This document shows positions 14,101-26,461 of a stretch of 64,000 bases of DNA, one piece after another; the first letter of the stretch is position 1; the number at the start of each line of letters is the position of its first letter. The DNA comes from Tubiluchus corallicola. Lineage: Eukaryota > Animalia > Priapulida. The notes under the pieces were generated by a model that was not told where the DNA came from, searched no databases, and saw nothing but the letters and a program-made list of their open reading frames with translations. The stretch lies in the NCBI GenBank assembly GCA_030141605.1, contig JAQGDQ010000024.1:186001-250000 (forward strand), given 5' to 3'. Both the position numbers and the translations under genes were made by a program.

Positions 14101-16245
14101 GCTTACACAGTATTTCTAGCTTTTGTTTGTTTTTTAACTTTACAGTTTTAAACCTGTAATCAAGATTTCAATGTCTGAGTTGCAGTTTATTAAATGCAGT
14201 TTTTTAACACCATCTTACTCATGCTAATAGAGCATGGTAAATTCTTTTCTATTTTCTATTGCCAGATGTCAGGAACTGGACAAATAGGCATAGGAGGTCC
14301 CAGTACTTGGGAAGAGGTAGAGGAATCAGACAGCGATATTGAATTCTTAGAGATTGCTCCTAACAAGCAGAAAGGGCAGCCATTTGCAAAGATGCCGCAA
14401 AATAAAGCTGAAATTGGTAAATTTGAAATATTCTTCAATGTTTACAGCTTCTTATGGAAGAAGCTGCTGTTAATTCTCAAAATATAATCATCTCAGTAGG
14501 TGTACAGTGTTAAACTAGAATGTCTCTTTATAGGCATAGACTAAGTTGCATGTACTGCCAAGGCTCTATGGATGTTAAACAAAACAACTTTAGCGTCATA
14601 ATGTGATACTTTTTTTAGCAGTACTCAATTTCAAATAGTATGATCCAAATTATTTTGAATGAGAAAATAACACTCAGCTAGGCATCTTGTATAACGGTGC
14701 ATTAACAAGTGAACTCATTATTAATACCACCAGTAAAAATACTTGAGTGCATTCAGTGTAACATGTTTAAGCAACTGATACTTTTGGGTTACTCGCTTGC
14801 GATGTGACTCTTATAAATAGATTGCCGGGAAACGGTTTCATTCTCATTCAAGTAATATAAAGCTCGGTACTCAATTAATACATAACATCTAATTTAAATT
14901 TTTGCTAAAATTAATTGATGACCGTAATTACCATCATTTCGGGAGCATTTAGCAAAGACTGTAGAATGTTCGTGATCATCAGTGGATGCGTTTGTCATTC
15001 TGACAAAGTTCTAACATTGTGCGAAATATTTTTGTTGTTGCTGTTATTTTACTGAACTAAAAAGAATCTGATTGTTGCTTTTTATTTACAGTAAATTTAG
15101 AAAGTGATAGCGAAGAGGAGGTGATTATGTTAGAGAAGGAGACAAAGAAAGAAGAGAGAACAAGGTGAGGTATTAGGTGTTTATAAGAAATAGAAATGAT
15201 TTGCTGTGATTAGTAAAGCTGTAACTAATGCAAATTGTGTGCCCATACTGCTTAAGCCAAGAATGCTCTGAAATGTTTAGCCTAAAGTGAAAAGAAATAC
15301 TTTTAATATTACAAAGAATGGTAATATTTCTTGGACGTCAGTGTACAAATTCATGTTGAAACTCATTGAAACGAATCGTAGCATAACTTTGTGTTTATGA
15401 AATACAACATTACTCCTTTTTAGTGCCATGGCCTTTCAAGTTATTTAATTTTCACCATTAGCAATGAAGTTTTAGCATAACCATCACAAATAACACTATA
15501 TTACTGGCGTGGACTATCAGTCAGTCAAAATTACACTAGATTTAGAATTAAGATACACTAAATATTGGGCACGAGGTAATATTTGGAAGACCAGTTTCTG
15601 TGTCAACTTTGGAAACGGGTGAATTTCCCGTTTATGTATCTGCTCCATCTACATTCACAGTTTTTTGATTGAAATGTGTTTTTATTGAGATTTTGTATCA
15701 GTTATCGCTATGAAGATTTATCACCTTCTCATTTTTTGTCGGTTTAGTGAAGCACTAGATTCCAGCCAATGTCAGCTACCAAGACAATTGCCTAATTTTT
15801 ACTATGGTCACTATTTTCTGAAATTGTAATTACAATTGCCAAATTTTTACTATGGTCACTATTTTCTGAAATTGTAATTATACAATGTGTTTCAATACTG
15901 TAGCCACGGGATGAGGCTTCCTTGATTGCTATTACATTAGTCGTATTTAATTAATCTTGATAAATGTTCGATTATTTTTGTTTTTATCGTTTCTATTATT
16001 TATTATTATTGTGCATCTGAAAGAATTCACGGTCGCTTACATTGCTAGTTGCAATCTTCATCACTTTTTCAACCCAATTTGCAGCTTGATTGATACATTA
16101 TCACATTACTTGTGTGTTCATGTACAAATTGTACATGCAAGAACTGATGTTGTGCTTGTGTGATCATTTCAGTTCACCAGAGATACTAGATCTGTCGGTT
16201 GCATTAAAGTCAAGCATAAACACCAAGGCAAGTGGAAAATCATGA
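3386..16245 (+). CDS. EXOSC9: Exosome complex component RRP45 (EXOSC9, PM/Scl-75), 13 coding exons, ~437 aa
   Basis: Exons 3386-3451, 5551-5645, 6064-6183, 6409-6511, 9499-9596, 10232-10271, 10581-10663, 12068-12200, 12874-12962, 13772-13961, 14266-14416, 15092-15164, 16173-16245; all GT-AG, total 1314 nt in frame. Translation MKETPLSTCERTFILNAIKENL-RLDGRQVYDYR...GKTRVLAQ...NHEGNILDC...HFRRPDVTVSGEE...ERDPVPL...LLVDPTEKEERVMEG...MNKHRELC...GEKFGFAQS closely matches RRP45 RNase PH domains. The last exon is the least certain. Confidence 0.96.
4551..5365. mobile_element. Non-autonomous hAT (Ac-like) element in EXOSC9 intron 1
   Basis: TIRs tagggatgggacaaaactt vs taggggtggcacgaagctt (15/19), subterminal gattcga/gaatc repeats, decayed 8-bp TSD tcattcac/ttgtccac. 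Confidence 0.6.
6599..8878. mobile_element. Non-autonomous hAT-like element in EXOSC9 intron 4, hosting a nested pogo element
   Basis: TIRs cagtggcgtagcta vs cagtggcatagcta (13/14). 8-bp flanks aatgtgga/atagtgga (6/8). GC-rich subterminal gccgccccgggcgcc. Confidence 0.7.
6802..7776 (+). mobile_element. Internally deleted pogo/Tigger-like (Tc1-mariner superfamily) element
   Basis: TIRs cagtaggcaccgcttaatagactcac vs gagtaggctctgcttaatagattcac (22/26), TA on both flanks. Residual peptides ELTVKDA..VISW (~7261) and NVSEQTIQNCFSH (~7347) resemble the pogo DDE C-terminal motif. Confidence 0.7.
9892..10129. repeat. Near-perfect long palindrome (113-bp arms, 12-nt loop) in EXOSC9 intron 5
   Basis: 9892-10004 is the reverse complement of 10017-10129 with two mismatches by manual alignment. 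TA-rich core. Confidence 0.92.
15785..15880. repeat. Local tandem duplication, ~49-bp unit x2
   Basis: caattgcc.aatttttactatggtcactattttctgaaattgtaatta occurs twice in tandem. Confidence 0.8.
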
Positions 16246-16449
16246 CTGCAGACAATTAAATAATCCTGTAAACATATTTTGTATATATTATTTTAAACAA
16301 AGTTATTTTGCTTATTTGTCTACTGTAAGTGCATTATATTTTCTTTTGTATTGTAATGGGTATTGGTGCTTCCGCTTTACATACAGTAACTGATTATTAT
16401 GTAATTCCTTACATACCCATTGGTAATACCCTACGTACTATAATATTTC

Positions 16450-16455
16450 AATAAA
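16450..16455 (+). terminator. Candidate EXOSC9 polyadenylation signal
   Basis: AATAAA ~205 nt after the stop. An ATTAAA at 16255-16260 is an alternative. Confidence 0.45.
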
Positions 16456-17834
16456 ACATCCAAACTCCCTTTTTATAAAATTATTTTACTGAACAATTTT
16501 CAGCAAAGATGAGTACATTACAGGGGACTGCTAAAAATAAGTGTATGCACAATATGAAGACTTCTAAAATGAAATGTAATACATAAAAGTAAACATAACT
16601 CGGTGTGCCATTTTGGATAAGTCAATCGACTGGTAGACATAAAAATATAAAGCATCTTACACAAATAAAACTAACAAGTTTGATTAATACAAAGAGAACC
16701 GACAAAGCTATACAGTGTTGAAAAATGTGAAAAGAATGCCAAAAAGCATACAAGCGCAACACGTCACAGACTTCACAGTTCAAAATTATAAAATTAGTTT
16801 CTGCATTGCCAGATGGAATTGTATTTATTTACAAGCCTTGCATTAAATAAACATACACAAAGAGTCACACACATGACTGAATATCTCAAAGATCTGCTGG
16901 CTCTATTGGGACTTGCATGACTGAACTTCAAAATCTACCTGAACATTAAGATAAAAACCTATGAAACATGTTGTGAAATTCTGGTGAACCGCTGTTAGAA
17001 AGCATACATAAGACAACATTAATTTTATTATAAATATGCGAATTGAACCAACTGCCTTAGCTAAAAAGAATGAAGTTGGACTTTACTAAAGCTGTTCTCA
17101 CTAAATCTAGGATTGCATGAGAAATAAAAGAGTGCCACAAACTTAATCAGCAAACACAAGAAATGTGGAGAAATTATCAGTATTGGCAAAACAGTATTTA
17201 TTGTTCAGAATTCCCATGTGTATAAACATGTTCTGAAACAATTCCGGACTTTGTAATCGCTGAATAATCAATCGAAGTATGAAGTACTAATTTTGAGCAA
17301 TGGCTAAGATACAATAGCTAACTATACAGAGAACAAAAATAATGTGATTAAAAACTACTTTATTAAAACTATATACACTAAGGAAAGTTTGTAAAGATAA
17401 TCATGTAACAATTTCAGCAGCTAAACAAGTTTATAAACATAAAGCCAATGACATACAGAACTTGCTACACTTCGTAACTTTGGTTTTTGAATTTGTTTTA
17501 CTTTCAGCCAAAATTTGAGAAAAATACCATAAAGCAGATATTAAACAAAAGTCACAAATACAATGTTTACTACTACAGTGTTTCCCCTGTTTCTTAGAAT
17601 GCTATATAATTTTGAACTTGTTTACAATATTATTAAGTAGCTATCTTACACGCAAAGTAGTATTATGATTCACTGTAATACATGGTTGGTTAACTATCTT
17701 CTACATGATGCAGTTGTACTGTTATTGTTAAATAATAACTAACTATAGTTTATATAGATCTTGTGCTGCATCAATTTCACAACTTATCAGTGAATCATAA
17801 TAACTGAGCTTGAGGTCGGTATAAAAGAAGATCA

Positions 17835-20578
17835 TTACTCGTCAGATTCCTCGTCTTCTTCATCATCATCATCTTCGTATGCTGCTGAAGCTGAAGCTCC
17901 AGCAGAAAACTTGGGCTTCTTCGCTGCACTTCCAGATGCTCCGCCTCCTCTGGCACGGTATGCCGCCATTTCCTAAAAAGATTTTAAAATTTTCCTAGTA
18001 TTAAAAACGGTTGTAAGCAATTGCAACTTGATAAAGCCTTGCAGATTTTAAGCAACAACACGGCCTTTAAAAACGGAATAAATTTCTTTCTTTGTTAAAC
18101 TGAACTGAATACTGAACACTTTGTTAAATAAAAAAGGGGGACCTATATATATGACTGCCGTTCACAACACTAATTAACGCCTGGAATGCAGTATCAAAAC
18201 TAAATTTATAACTATCTTACAGTTTCATATCGTTTCCGGTCCTTGGCAGCCATAGCTTCGTACTGAGCTTTGACATCGGCAGCAACCACTGCCCATCGTT
18301 TACTCAACTCCTTTGCCACGTCTCCTACTCTATAGTCTGGAAACTCTGCCATCACCTTCTTCCTCTCATCTTGACAAAACCAGAAGAAGCCAGACCTGAA
18401 ACGCCAAAACGTTGTGCAATACCAACAAAAATGTATGACACCACTTCAATAACATGAAAATAAAAAAATCTGTATAGTCTCCTGGCTGGCTTTGTAACAT
18501 AAACAGCAAATCTGAATTCAATTGCATTTGTTTAATCTCAAGTTTCTAAACTTGTATGCTGTGGTCTACAAGTGTTGTTAAAACAATTGAATGTAACACA
18601 CTGCATTTAATTACTGCATATACGCAGTAAAATTGAAACATAATTATTAGGCTTACATTCCTCTTTTAGGTGCATTAGGATCCTTCTTCTGACGTTGTTT
18701 TCGTGGCCGTTTTTCCCCTGGTAATGGTTGGTAAGCCTCCATTTCACCATCATACCGAGCCTTGTCTTGATCAGCCATTTCCTGGAACCGTTTCTTTTCT
18801 TTGTCTGACATAGTCTGCGGAAAATGATTAAACTCATTAAAGCTATGCTCATGTAATACATATGTCACATGACTACCTTTACTCTAATGCAGGTAAAGAC
18901 TTATTACTCCATCTAGTAATAAAAATAATATGCACTTTTCCTTATTCACTTTATTGTTTGCTTTTGCAATTCTTTATGGGGTGATTTAATTTTTTTAACA
19001 GATTTAGCCCGTATTGGTAATTAGGCAACAGTTTAAAATACACTAGCTTTTCACACTTCGGTAAACAGATTTAGTGTGTTTAGTAACATCAGCATTGCAA
19101 ATTGTGCTGGTTAGATTGTGACATGCACAATGTGGTGACCTCTATTGACAAGAAAAAGTAGCAAAGTTTAAACACAGTTTTTTCAACTTTGTCGGCATAT
19201 CTTTTTTTATACGGTTCAGCTCACTGTAAACCAGAATCCAGCATTCAACGGCAGGTCCTACTCAATATAGATGGTTAGGGGGGATCAAGGCCCTGTCCCT
19301 TAACATAAGATGCTAAATTGGTAAATTGTGATCACTTCACGCTTGAGTGCTCCCATTTTGAATGCCCATTTTTCCACCAATGACATTGTTCATCGGCTGA
19401 AGAAAAACACCAGTCTGTCAATTTCCGTCAAAAGTATAAGAAGTTCTTACAAAAAATTAGATACCTAAATTTAATATTATTTTTGCATCAACATTAGGTA
19501 AGCAGAAGTTTGAATTGGATTATGCGCGCTGAGAAAAAGCCAAGAGGTGCTTACAAAGTCACAAAATTGACCACTTCTATACAGCAATAGTATTAACTTT
19601 ATGCTTTTGAGATACATGTATTTTTTTGTTTTGTAAATTTCTTTGTTATATTTTTCTAAATTTAAGTGACAACAGTAAAAAATCCCAACATGGTAAGTGA
19701 ATGTCCTTTCATTTAACTTTGATCAAGCATACATATATATACTGTGACCACTTCAAAACTGTATTTTTGAGATATTTTCTCTATAAACAAAAGTCATAAA
19801 TGTGAAATGTCATATAAAAAATTGCAGTAATTACTTCATCATTTATGACATACATATTGAAAATATCTATAAAATTTAATTTTTAAATAAATTCTCCTAC
19901 ATTATAAGTTTTTGTTGAAATTTAAAGCGAGGAAAATTTTGAAAGACATTAGTATTCCCCTTTGAAAAAAAGCCTCTATTTCAGAATTGTAGAATTTTAC
20001 AATTTTATGTAAAGCGCTAAACCAGACTGATTTTACAATCGATGTCAGGCCGACAGAAATGCAAATTAGTCAGTAAAATTACTGAATGCTTTGAAAGCCA
20101 AACCAAAAATACTCTAATAGTCATCAATTTTCCCAGCTAATGCACTTTTTGCAAATTTTTTTTTTAATATTATTTATTCATACAACCTATTATTTGTGAA
20201 AATGAACATTGGCCTACCTAATTTCAAGACTTGCGCACCATCATAGCTTGTATTAGTTAGGTGCATAACTGTGCCTCTAACAATTGAAGCTGTAATGTAG
20301 ATTATATGTGCAGCATGGCTACATTGTATAGTGTATATAGTCAGTGCCACTGTTACAGTGCAGCTAGTGTTAGACATATACAAAATTAACTTTTCCTGTT
20401 AATTTATGCATAGCAAATGTTTTACCTTCCATCTTTCAGCACATTTCTTGGCAAACTCTCCAAAAACTACAACCTCATTAGGATAGTTCTTTCTGTGCTC
20501 ATTTCTGCATGTCTGAACAAAGAATGCATAAGCCGACGTCCTGCCTTTTGGTTTATCTACTCCTGGCCTTCTCCCCAT
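17835..20578 (-). CDS. HMGB2: High mobility group protein B (HMGB1/2/3-type): two HMG boxes and an acidic tail, 207 aa
   Basis: Exons 20578-20426, 18814-18657, 18395-18221, 17972-17835. [30 protein letters not shown]...KKCAERWK|[25 protein letters not shown]...[11 protein letters not shown]|[11 protein letters not shown]...[13 protein letters not shown]...|EMAAYR...[13 protein letters not shown]. Co-orthologue of vertebrate HMGB1/2/3; the symbol is chosen from synteny with SAP30. Confidence 0.95.
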
Positions 20579-20859
20579 GTCTGCTCAGTCCGATGCTATA
20601 GTGTAAGACCTAAGTATTATAAAGATCAATGCAGTCTACACATTATAGTGAACGTGAATACCTGGGCACTATGGACCATCCTGAAAGTTAAGTTAAATAG
20701 CTGAAAATTCAAGAACATCAGAAAAAAACTATTTTGCCTCAATTTGGACACTAGAATAAATATAATTTGTTATTTAGAAAAGTTATACAAACGTACAATA
20801 CATATAAAAGTAATACACGCATTGCACATAAATAAACTACTGTCCTATGCACGCCGCTC

Positions 20860-21640
20860 ATGCCGGCGCGAAATCTCAATCTCGACATCGACAACAAAAT
20901 GGTCAAACGTCGGATAAGTTCCAAATCGACAAAATGAAGACAAAGATTTTCTATTTTTACACTTTTCACAACTTTGCAATCCATTAAACAACTAAACAAG
21001 GCCACTAAATTAATCTTCGCTTAATAACGCATCTGAACGTATACCTTATACCATTACAATACATGTTAAACTGGCAAACTATGTGTACAATATACTTACG
21101 TATATTTTCAATGTAACGTACTCTCCTTTGGTAAAGTACAGGGAAATGCTGCGTTCGTTGTGTGCATTAGTAATGGAAGCTACGGGCGCGCACTCTGATT
21201 GGCCAGATTTTAGCGTAGAGAGCTCAGGAACCAATCAGATTTTCGAAAATTTCGAGGTATGTCTGATAAAGCGCTGCCATTTCCTCAGTACATAACCGAT
21301 TTACCCAGTATTCTTGCAGTTACGAGGGTCTATTTTCGCACTGCGATGGGGGTCCAGTCAGTTTTCGGGAACAATAGATAGCTGTTAGGAAGTATTCTGC
21401 AGGGAGTGCATTACTTAAACCACTGCCACTGCTTAAATAGGGAAAACTTGAATGAAAGGATTTAGCGGAGGTTTTATTCTTTGTTATAGTGCGCGTGTCA
21501 ATCAAGCATGACGTCATTTTTGTTGATGCTGTGCCTATTGGTCTCGAGAAGGTATACTGTACGAGAATATTGTTTTCGTTCGTAAGAAAAAGTAATTTCG
21601 GCAATTCTGGTGCTGTTTTTTTGAGAAAGAAACATTCAAG
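20860..21640. promoter_or_regulatory. Bidirectional HMGB/SAP30 promoter with probable non-coding first exons
   Basis: Locally CpG-rich. Inverted CCAAT boxes ctgATTGG 21195-21202 and CCAATcag 21231-21238, third ATTGG at ~21537. E2F site GGCGCGAAA 20865-20873. CRE TGACGTCA 21509-21516. Minus-strand donor GTAAGT near 21099 and plus-strand donor CAAG|GTGCGT at 21640, each pairing with an acceptor just upstream of the respective ATG. Confidence 0.7.
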
Positions 21641-21857
21641 GTGCGTTTGTAACGGGGGTATTTGATTGCACAGATCACGTACTACCGTATTTGTCAAGCA
21701 GTTTGCAAAGTCGTGGTTGTTCATATCTGTATTTAGTCAGAATTTGGAAATTTGAAAGCTAACCTAGTTCATTGTGCCATTTGTTTGGATTTTATTAAAC
21801 TCTTGTTACTTCATGTGTTTTTCTTAATGTGCCAACTATTGCTTTCTAGGGTACGTA

Positions 21858-24800
21858 ATGAATGGTTATAATGGTAGTGCAGATGACAGCAAAGGGGGAC
21901 ATGGACAAGTTTGCTGTTTAGTTGATAATCAAATACGATGCAATCGACCGGCTGGAAATGCTTGTTATAATAAACGTATTCAAAAAATTGTGACCCAACG
22001 AAAGCTGAGGCTGTACCTTGATAACAGTGTAAGTATATCAGCAATGTTTTGTATTTTTCCATCAATGACGAGATCAGCTTATAAATAAGTTGCAAATCAG
22101 CATCTCTACCTTTACGTTAGGATACCTCAGGAAGTTTTGGCAAAGTAAAAACTTCTAGCCAAATTTTGCATGTATGTCAGACGTCATATCCTCAATTGAG
22201 GCCTTGTAATTGTAGACCAGATCACTTGAAGCCCAGTGCTTATCCAGTTTATTTTTGAATGTATTTATACTAGGTGCAGATACCACTTCATTTGTCAGAC
22301 TATTCTAGGTATTAACGATCATGTTTGAAAAGCTGTGGAGACATACCAGTTTATCTGCTATACTTTTATATAGCTTCACATGATGTTTTCGTATAGCAAA
22401 CTCTGCCTTGAGATGTAGCTGGGGGCTAACAGCAGTGTCATACTTTTGGTGCAGGATTTTAATTCGTTTCTGTCTTGTCACCTCTATGCCATCTGTAAGT
22501 CGGTGTAGGTGTTTAGCTGCCTGTGTCTCTCTTCATATAGTAATCCTTTTAAGTCGGTCAGGGTTCTTGAGGCGTATCTCGAAACTCGTTCAGTGCTACC
22601 AGTTAAACTAATCTTAACAGGGTGCCAAACTGAGGTAGAGAATTTAGGATGTAGCCTCACCAGCGCCATTGTATAACCAAACAAAGGTATCATGATCCAT
22701 ATTTATGAAGTTTCTCTGCATTATTCCCACCATTGCCTAGATTTGGTATATTTTACGAATGGACAGCTGTTGGAAAATATCTCTGATGACAACGACTTAT
22801 GATCTTGGGCTTTCTAATATCTTGATGTCAGTTATTATCTTCATGTTTATATCATCATCTTCGATATTTGAATTCATCAACACATATAAAGTTACGACTA
22901 ATTGATGTGTGTGCATTTAGTAAGTATTTACCCCCTGACTTAGTGCTTATATAAATGTAAAAATGTATTAGATGTTCAGTTTTTATTAACCTTTCATTAT
23001 CAGCAATTTTTTTGTTTTACTGCATTGAAAATATAAGCAAACAGCATACCACTTCATCATTTTTGTAGTGCAGTATTTTACGTATTTTTCATTGTTACCT
23101 TCAAAGTTATAATTTTTTTCAAAGCCTCAGACTGCCAAAATTTAGACTATTATGGCTCTTTTCTACTATTCAATTTTGAAATAATGACACATTTCATTTT
23201 ATTTAGCTTCTTTTTGCCTGTTTCATGCTCAGATTTTTTTTATACGTCAGCACTGCATTTATTACTGTTGTATGAGTGCCGTTTTCACTAAGTTTTCAAA
23301 CCTCCAATTCTGATACCTTATGTGTTTTTGCTCAGAATTAATGCAAAATTATGCTCGTAACCAAGTATGAACCTTATCTAGACTGCTGGCATCATTACCG
23401 AATCTGTAACTACTATTGAGGCTATGTTGTTGTATAAAGCGTTTGGTAATCGTCAAAATGTTTGCTGATGATACTAAAATCTGTCAGCAAATTGCATTTT
23501 ACAATGACAATGATACACTGCAGAATGATGTCAAGACAGTGGATGTTTTGTCATGCAATTGGCTAATGCCGTTCAGTAGCGATAAGTGGAAAGCACTCCA
23601 AATAGGTAAGCACCCCAAAAATTTTAAATACACTATGCTCGACAAGAGTGGACAACCCACACTTATTACTACTATTCAAGTACAAAAAAATATTGTTACC
23701 TACATTGATGACTCACTGTCCTTCAAGGAACATATTGATGAAGCCTCAAAAGTTGATCGGAAATGTCTGTGGTCTATTCGTAGGGCATTCACATGCCTAG
23801 ACTGCAATATGTTTTAATAGACTACAAATCCTTTGTACGCGTAGTAATTGATTATGAAGACATAATATGGTATCTAGCTAAATTAGTACACATCAGAAAG
23901 GTAGAAGCCATCCAGTGCAAGCAGCCAAACTGGTACCAGCATTGCACCTGTAGTCTATCATATTCCGAATGCATGCAGAGGTTAAAACTCATATCACTGA
24001 TACAGAAGATGTGGAGACATGTTAACCACATTTCAATTTCCAACAATGACACCGAATTAAATCCTGACTGTTAGTTTCAAGTCAACTGTAAGGGTGTTGG
24101 GTGCATTATCTGTAAGTTTAGATGCAGTTACAAGAATTCTTTCACTTTCTGGTTCGTTAAACTTTGAAACAAGATGTCTGGACCACTGTAAAAGACAACT
24201 TGAGTTACTTGACAAATGGTTGGCAGATCATCCAGATAAATACCGTAACACCTTTCAACCTGAGTGGACACTAAAGGCATTCCAGTAGTCATGACTGCTA
24301 CATATCACTACCAGACAGCTAGCAAACTAACTAGAGACCTTTTTTTGCATATAAAACTAGTTAGCACTAAGATGGAGAAAACTATGGGCAAAAAGCTAGA
24401 TAGCTTTGCCTGTACATCAGATACATCACAGGTATTTGTAAGACCAATGGCTAAAGGTGTTTCAGACACCGTTCAACATAAAATTATGAGAATTTGTAGA
24501 CGAAGTGTATCAATTTAATCACTGTCTGACATCAGAATAAAGGCTTACATGATTGACGAAAGGTTGGAAACACTTCTAAGAATACTTGTGCAAGTTTTAA
24601 ATTAACAATATCATTTATAGGTTCGTCACATTTATATTTGTGATCACCACAAAGGGGTCATACAAAGTGTTAGGAACAAGCGAAAACGACGAGAGAGTGA
24701 TGATGGTTCAGGATCACCAGATCATGAGTATGACATTCCCGAGGTTGGTTTCTACTTAGTTTTGTTCGTTGTATTTTTATTTTGAAACCTTTTTTTGCCA

Positions 24801-26461
24801 ATTTTTATGACAGCTTTTATTCTCAACAGAGGTATAGGTTTTACCTACTGAATAACGTGATAAACCTAACGTCACCAAAAACATCATAAAAACACGAAAA
24901 AAATTAAAAATAACAATCAAATACTGAAAAGGTATTTTTGCCAATTTTTATGCTGGAGTCACCAAAAAATGCCACCAAAAATGCAGAGAAACCACAACAC
25001 CAAAAAAGATTTTCTTAGACTTGAAATTGCTGTATTTGTGCATGTAGGTACAGATTTATTTCATTGTATCAAATTTAATAATAAACTGAGCATGATTTAG
25101 CTGCACTAGTTGATTGTTTCTTAATTTGCTCAAATAGAAACTAGGGCTACACTGAAATTATTCACGAGAATTTTAGGAGATGTAATTTGTCCCTGTATGA
25201 AAGTTCCTTCTGCTTACTGCATCTGCCAGGATATTCTCGAATTATAGTCAACTAATGAAAAATATTACATGCCAATATCACAGATGTAATTGTCTCTCAG
25301 AAGTCATAATATACTTTAATCCTTATTTTTTAAGTAAATAAAGCAAAATGTTCGAAAAGAGACACAGATAAAGTAAAGCTTTGAGAGAATACATTTAGTC
25401 AAGCTTTATGAAAATCTGAAGTGAACGTCTGCACTTAGTATGCTTCTGCATGTGCGCCACCTATTTCAAAGTACTTTAGCTAAATCAGGCCATGCATTTT
25501 CAACATCAGCATTTCAAGTTGCTCGCATAAGAATCTGTAATTATTAGATCAAGTTTGTGACAGGTCTAAAAGCTCTGAATGTTGTTGCGTAAACTTTTTT
25601 CTTCACAATGCGCCACAAAAAACATCTAGAGATCTGTGACTGTCAAATCTCAGTGTAAACACTCCAAATAGCCTTAGAGCAACTAATCCACCAAGATGGT
25701 GAAATAAAAAAAGTCTTAATGTATATAAGTGATTTGACACACTGTATATACAGAGACATGAAAACACAGTACACCTAAAGTGTCACTCAAGAAAGCGTAT
25801 TTTGAATTGTTAAAAAGTAAGCAATGTTTTTGAATTGTTAAAAGTAAGCAATGTGTTACAATGTACAAATTACAAGGCAGTTTTTTCTAAGAGAATGAAT
25901 GCGTGTCACATCAACTGAGTTGTTATGGTGAAATGTTTATATATTATGGATTATTGTACATTTTTGGATTGTTATGTCATTCTTTTTTGCAGATGGATCT
26001 GTTTCAGCTTCCTGTGAATACACTTCGTCGTTACAAACGACATTATAAGATATCTACTCAACCAAGCCTCAGTAAATCTCAATTAGCTGACGTAAGTAAA
26101 CACTAAACACACTTGTTCAGCTGTAATCTTCCACCATTTTTGTTCTGCGTACATTGTAAGCCATAGTGTAACATTAATTTGAAATAATAAATATATTAGA
26201 TAGCTGATATTTAATCTTTGATGACAGGTATGTTTTAAGACTATGTTTAATAAATGTGTATATGTATACACTTATATGTATATATGTATATCACTAGTTC
26301 TCACTAGAAAAAGTACATGTCATGATTATTTATTTCAGACTTTAATTAAGCATCTTCGAACAATTCCCGTTGTTGAGAAAGAGACGCTGACATATTTTAT
26401 CTACATGGTTAAAAGTCACAAGAGCAAACTAGATGAGAAAAACAACGACTCTCTCACTTAG
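21858..26461 (+). CDS. SAP30: Sin3/HDAC complex subunit SAP30 / SAP30-like, 171 aa
   Basis: Exons 21858-22028, 24621-24743, 25993-26091, 26339-26461, all phase 0. MNGY...[28 protein letters not shown]...|[11 protein letters not shown]...RNKRKRR...|[19 protein letters not shown]...|...[13 protein letters not shown]: SAP30 zinc finger, NLS and Sin3-binding domain. Co-orthologue of SAP30/SAP30L. Confidence 0.96.
22330..22790 (-). mobile_element. Decayed CR1-clade LINE 3' fragment in SAP30 intron 1
   Basis: ORF 22484-22693 ([19 protein letters not shown]...ERVSRYASR...LKGLLYEER) resembles the CR1 ORF2 C-terminal pattern LYKALVRPHLEY..VW.P...VQRRATR...L.YEERL. Boundaries approximate. Confidence 0.7.
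23440..24260 (+). mobile_element. Decayed CR1-clade LINE reverse transcriptase 3' fragment in SAP30 intron 1
   Basis: KMFADDTKI...LQND...NWLMPFS.DK...[11 protein letters not shown]...IRRAF, then frameshifted YKSFVR..IDY...W...KVEAIQ...LSYSE..RLKL. Multiple stops and frameshifts. Confidence 0.85.

Noticed and set aside
21320-21724. 134-aa minus-strand ORF in the HMGB/SAP30 promoter
   Set aside because: No recognisable homology; it overlaps promoter motifs and the presumed SAP30 UTR exon, so probably chance.
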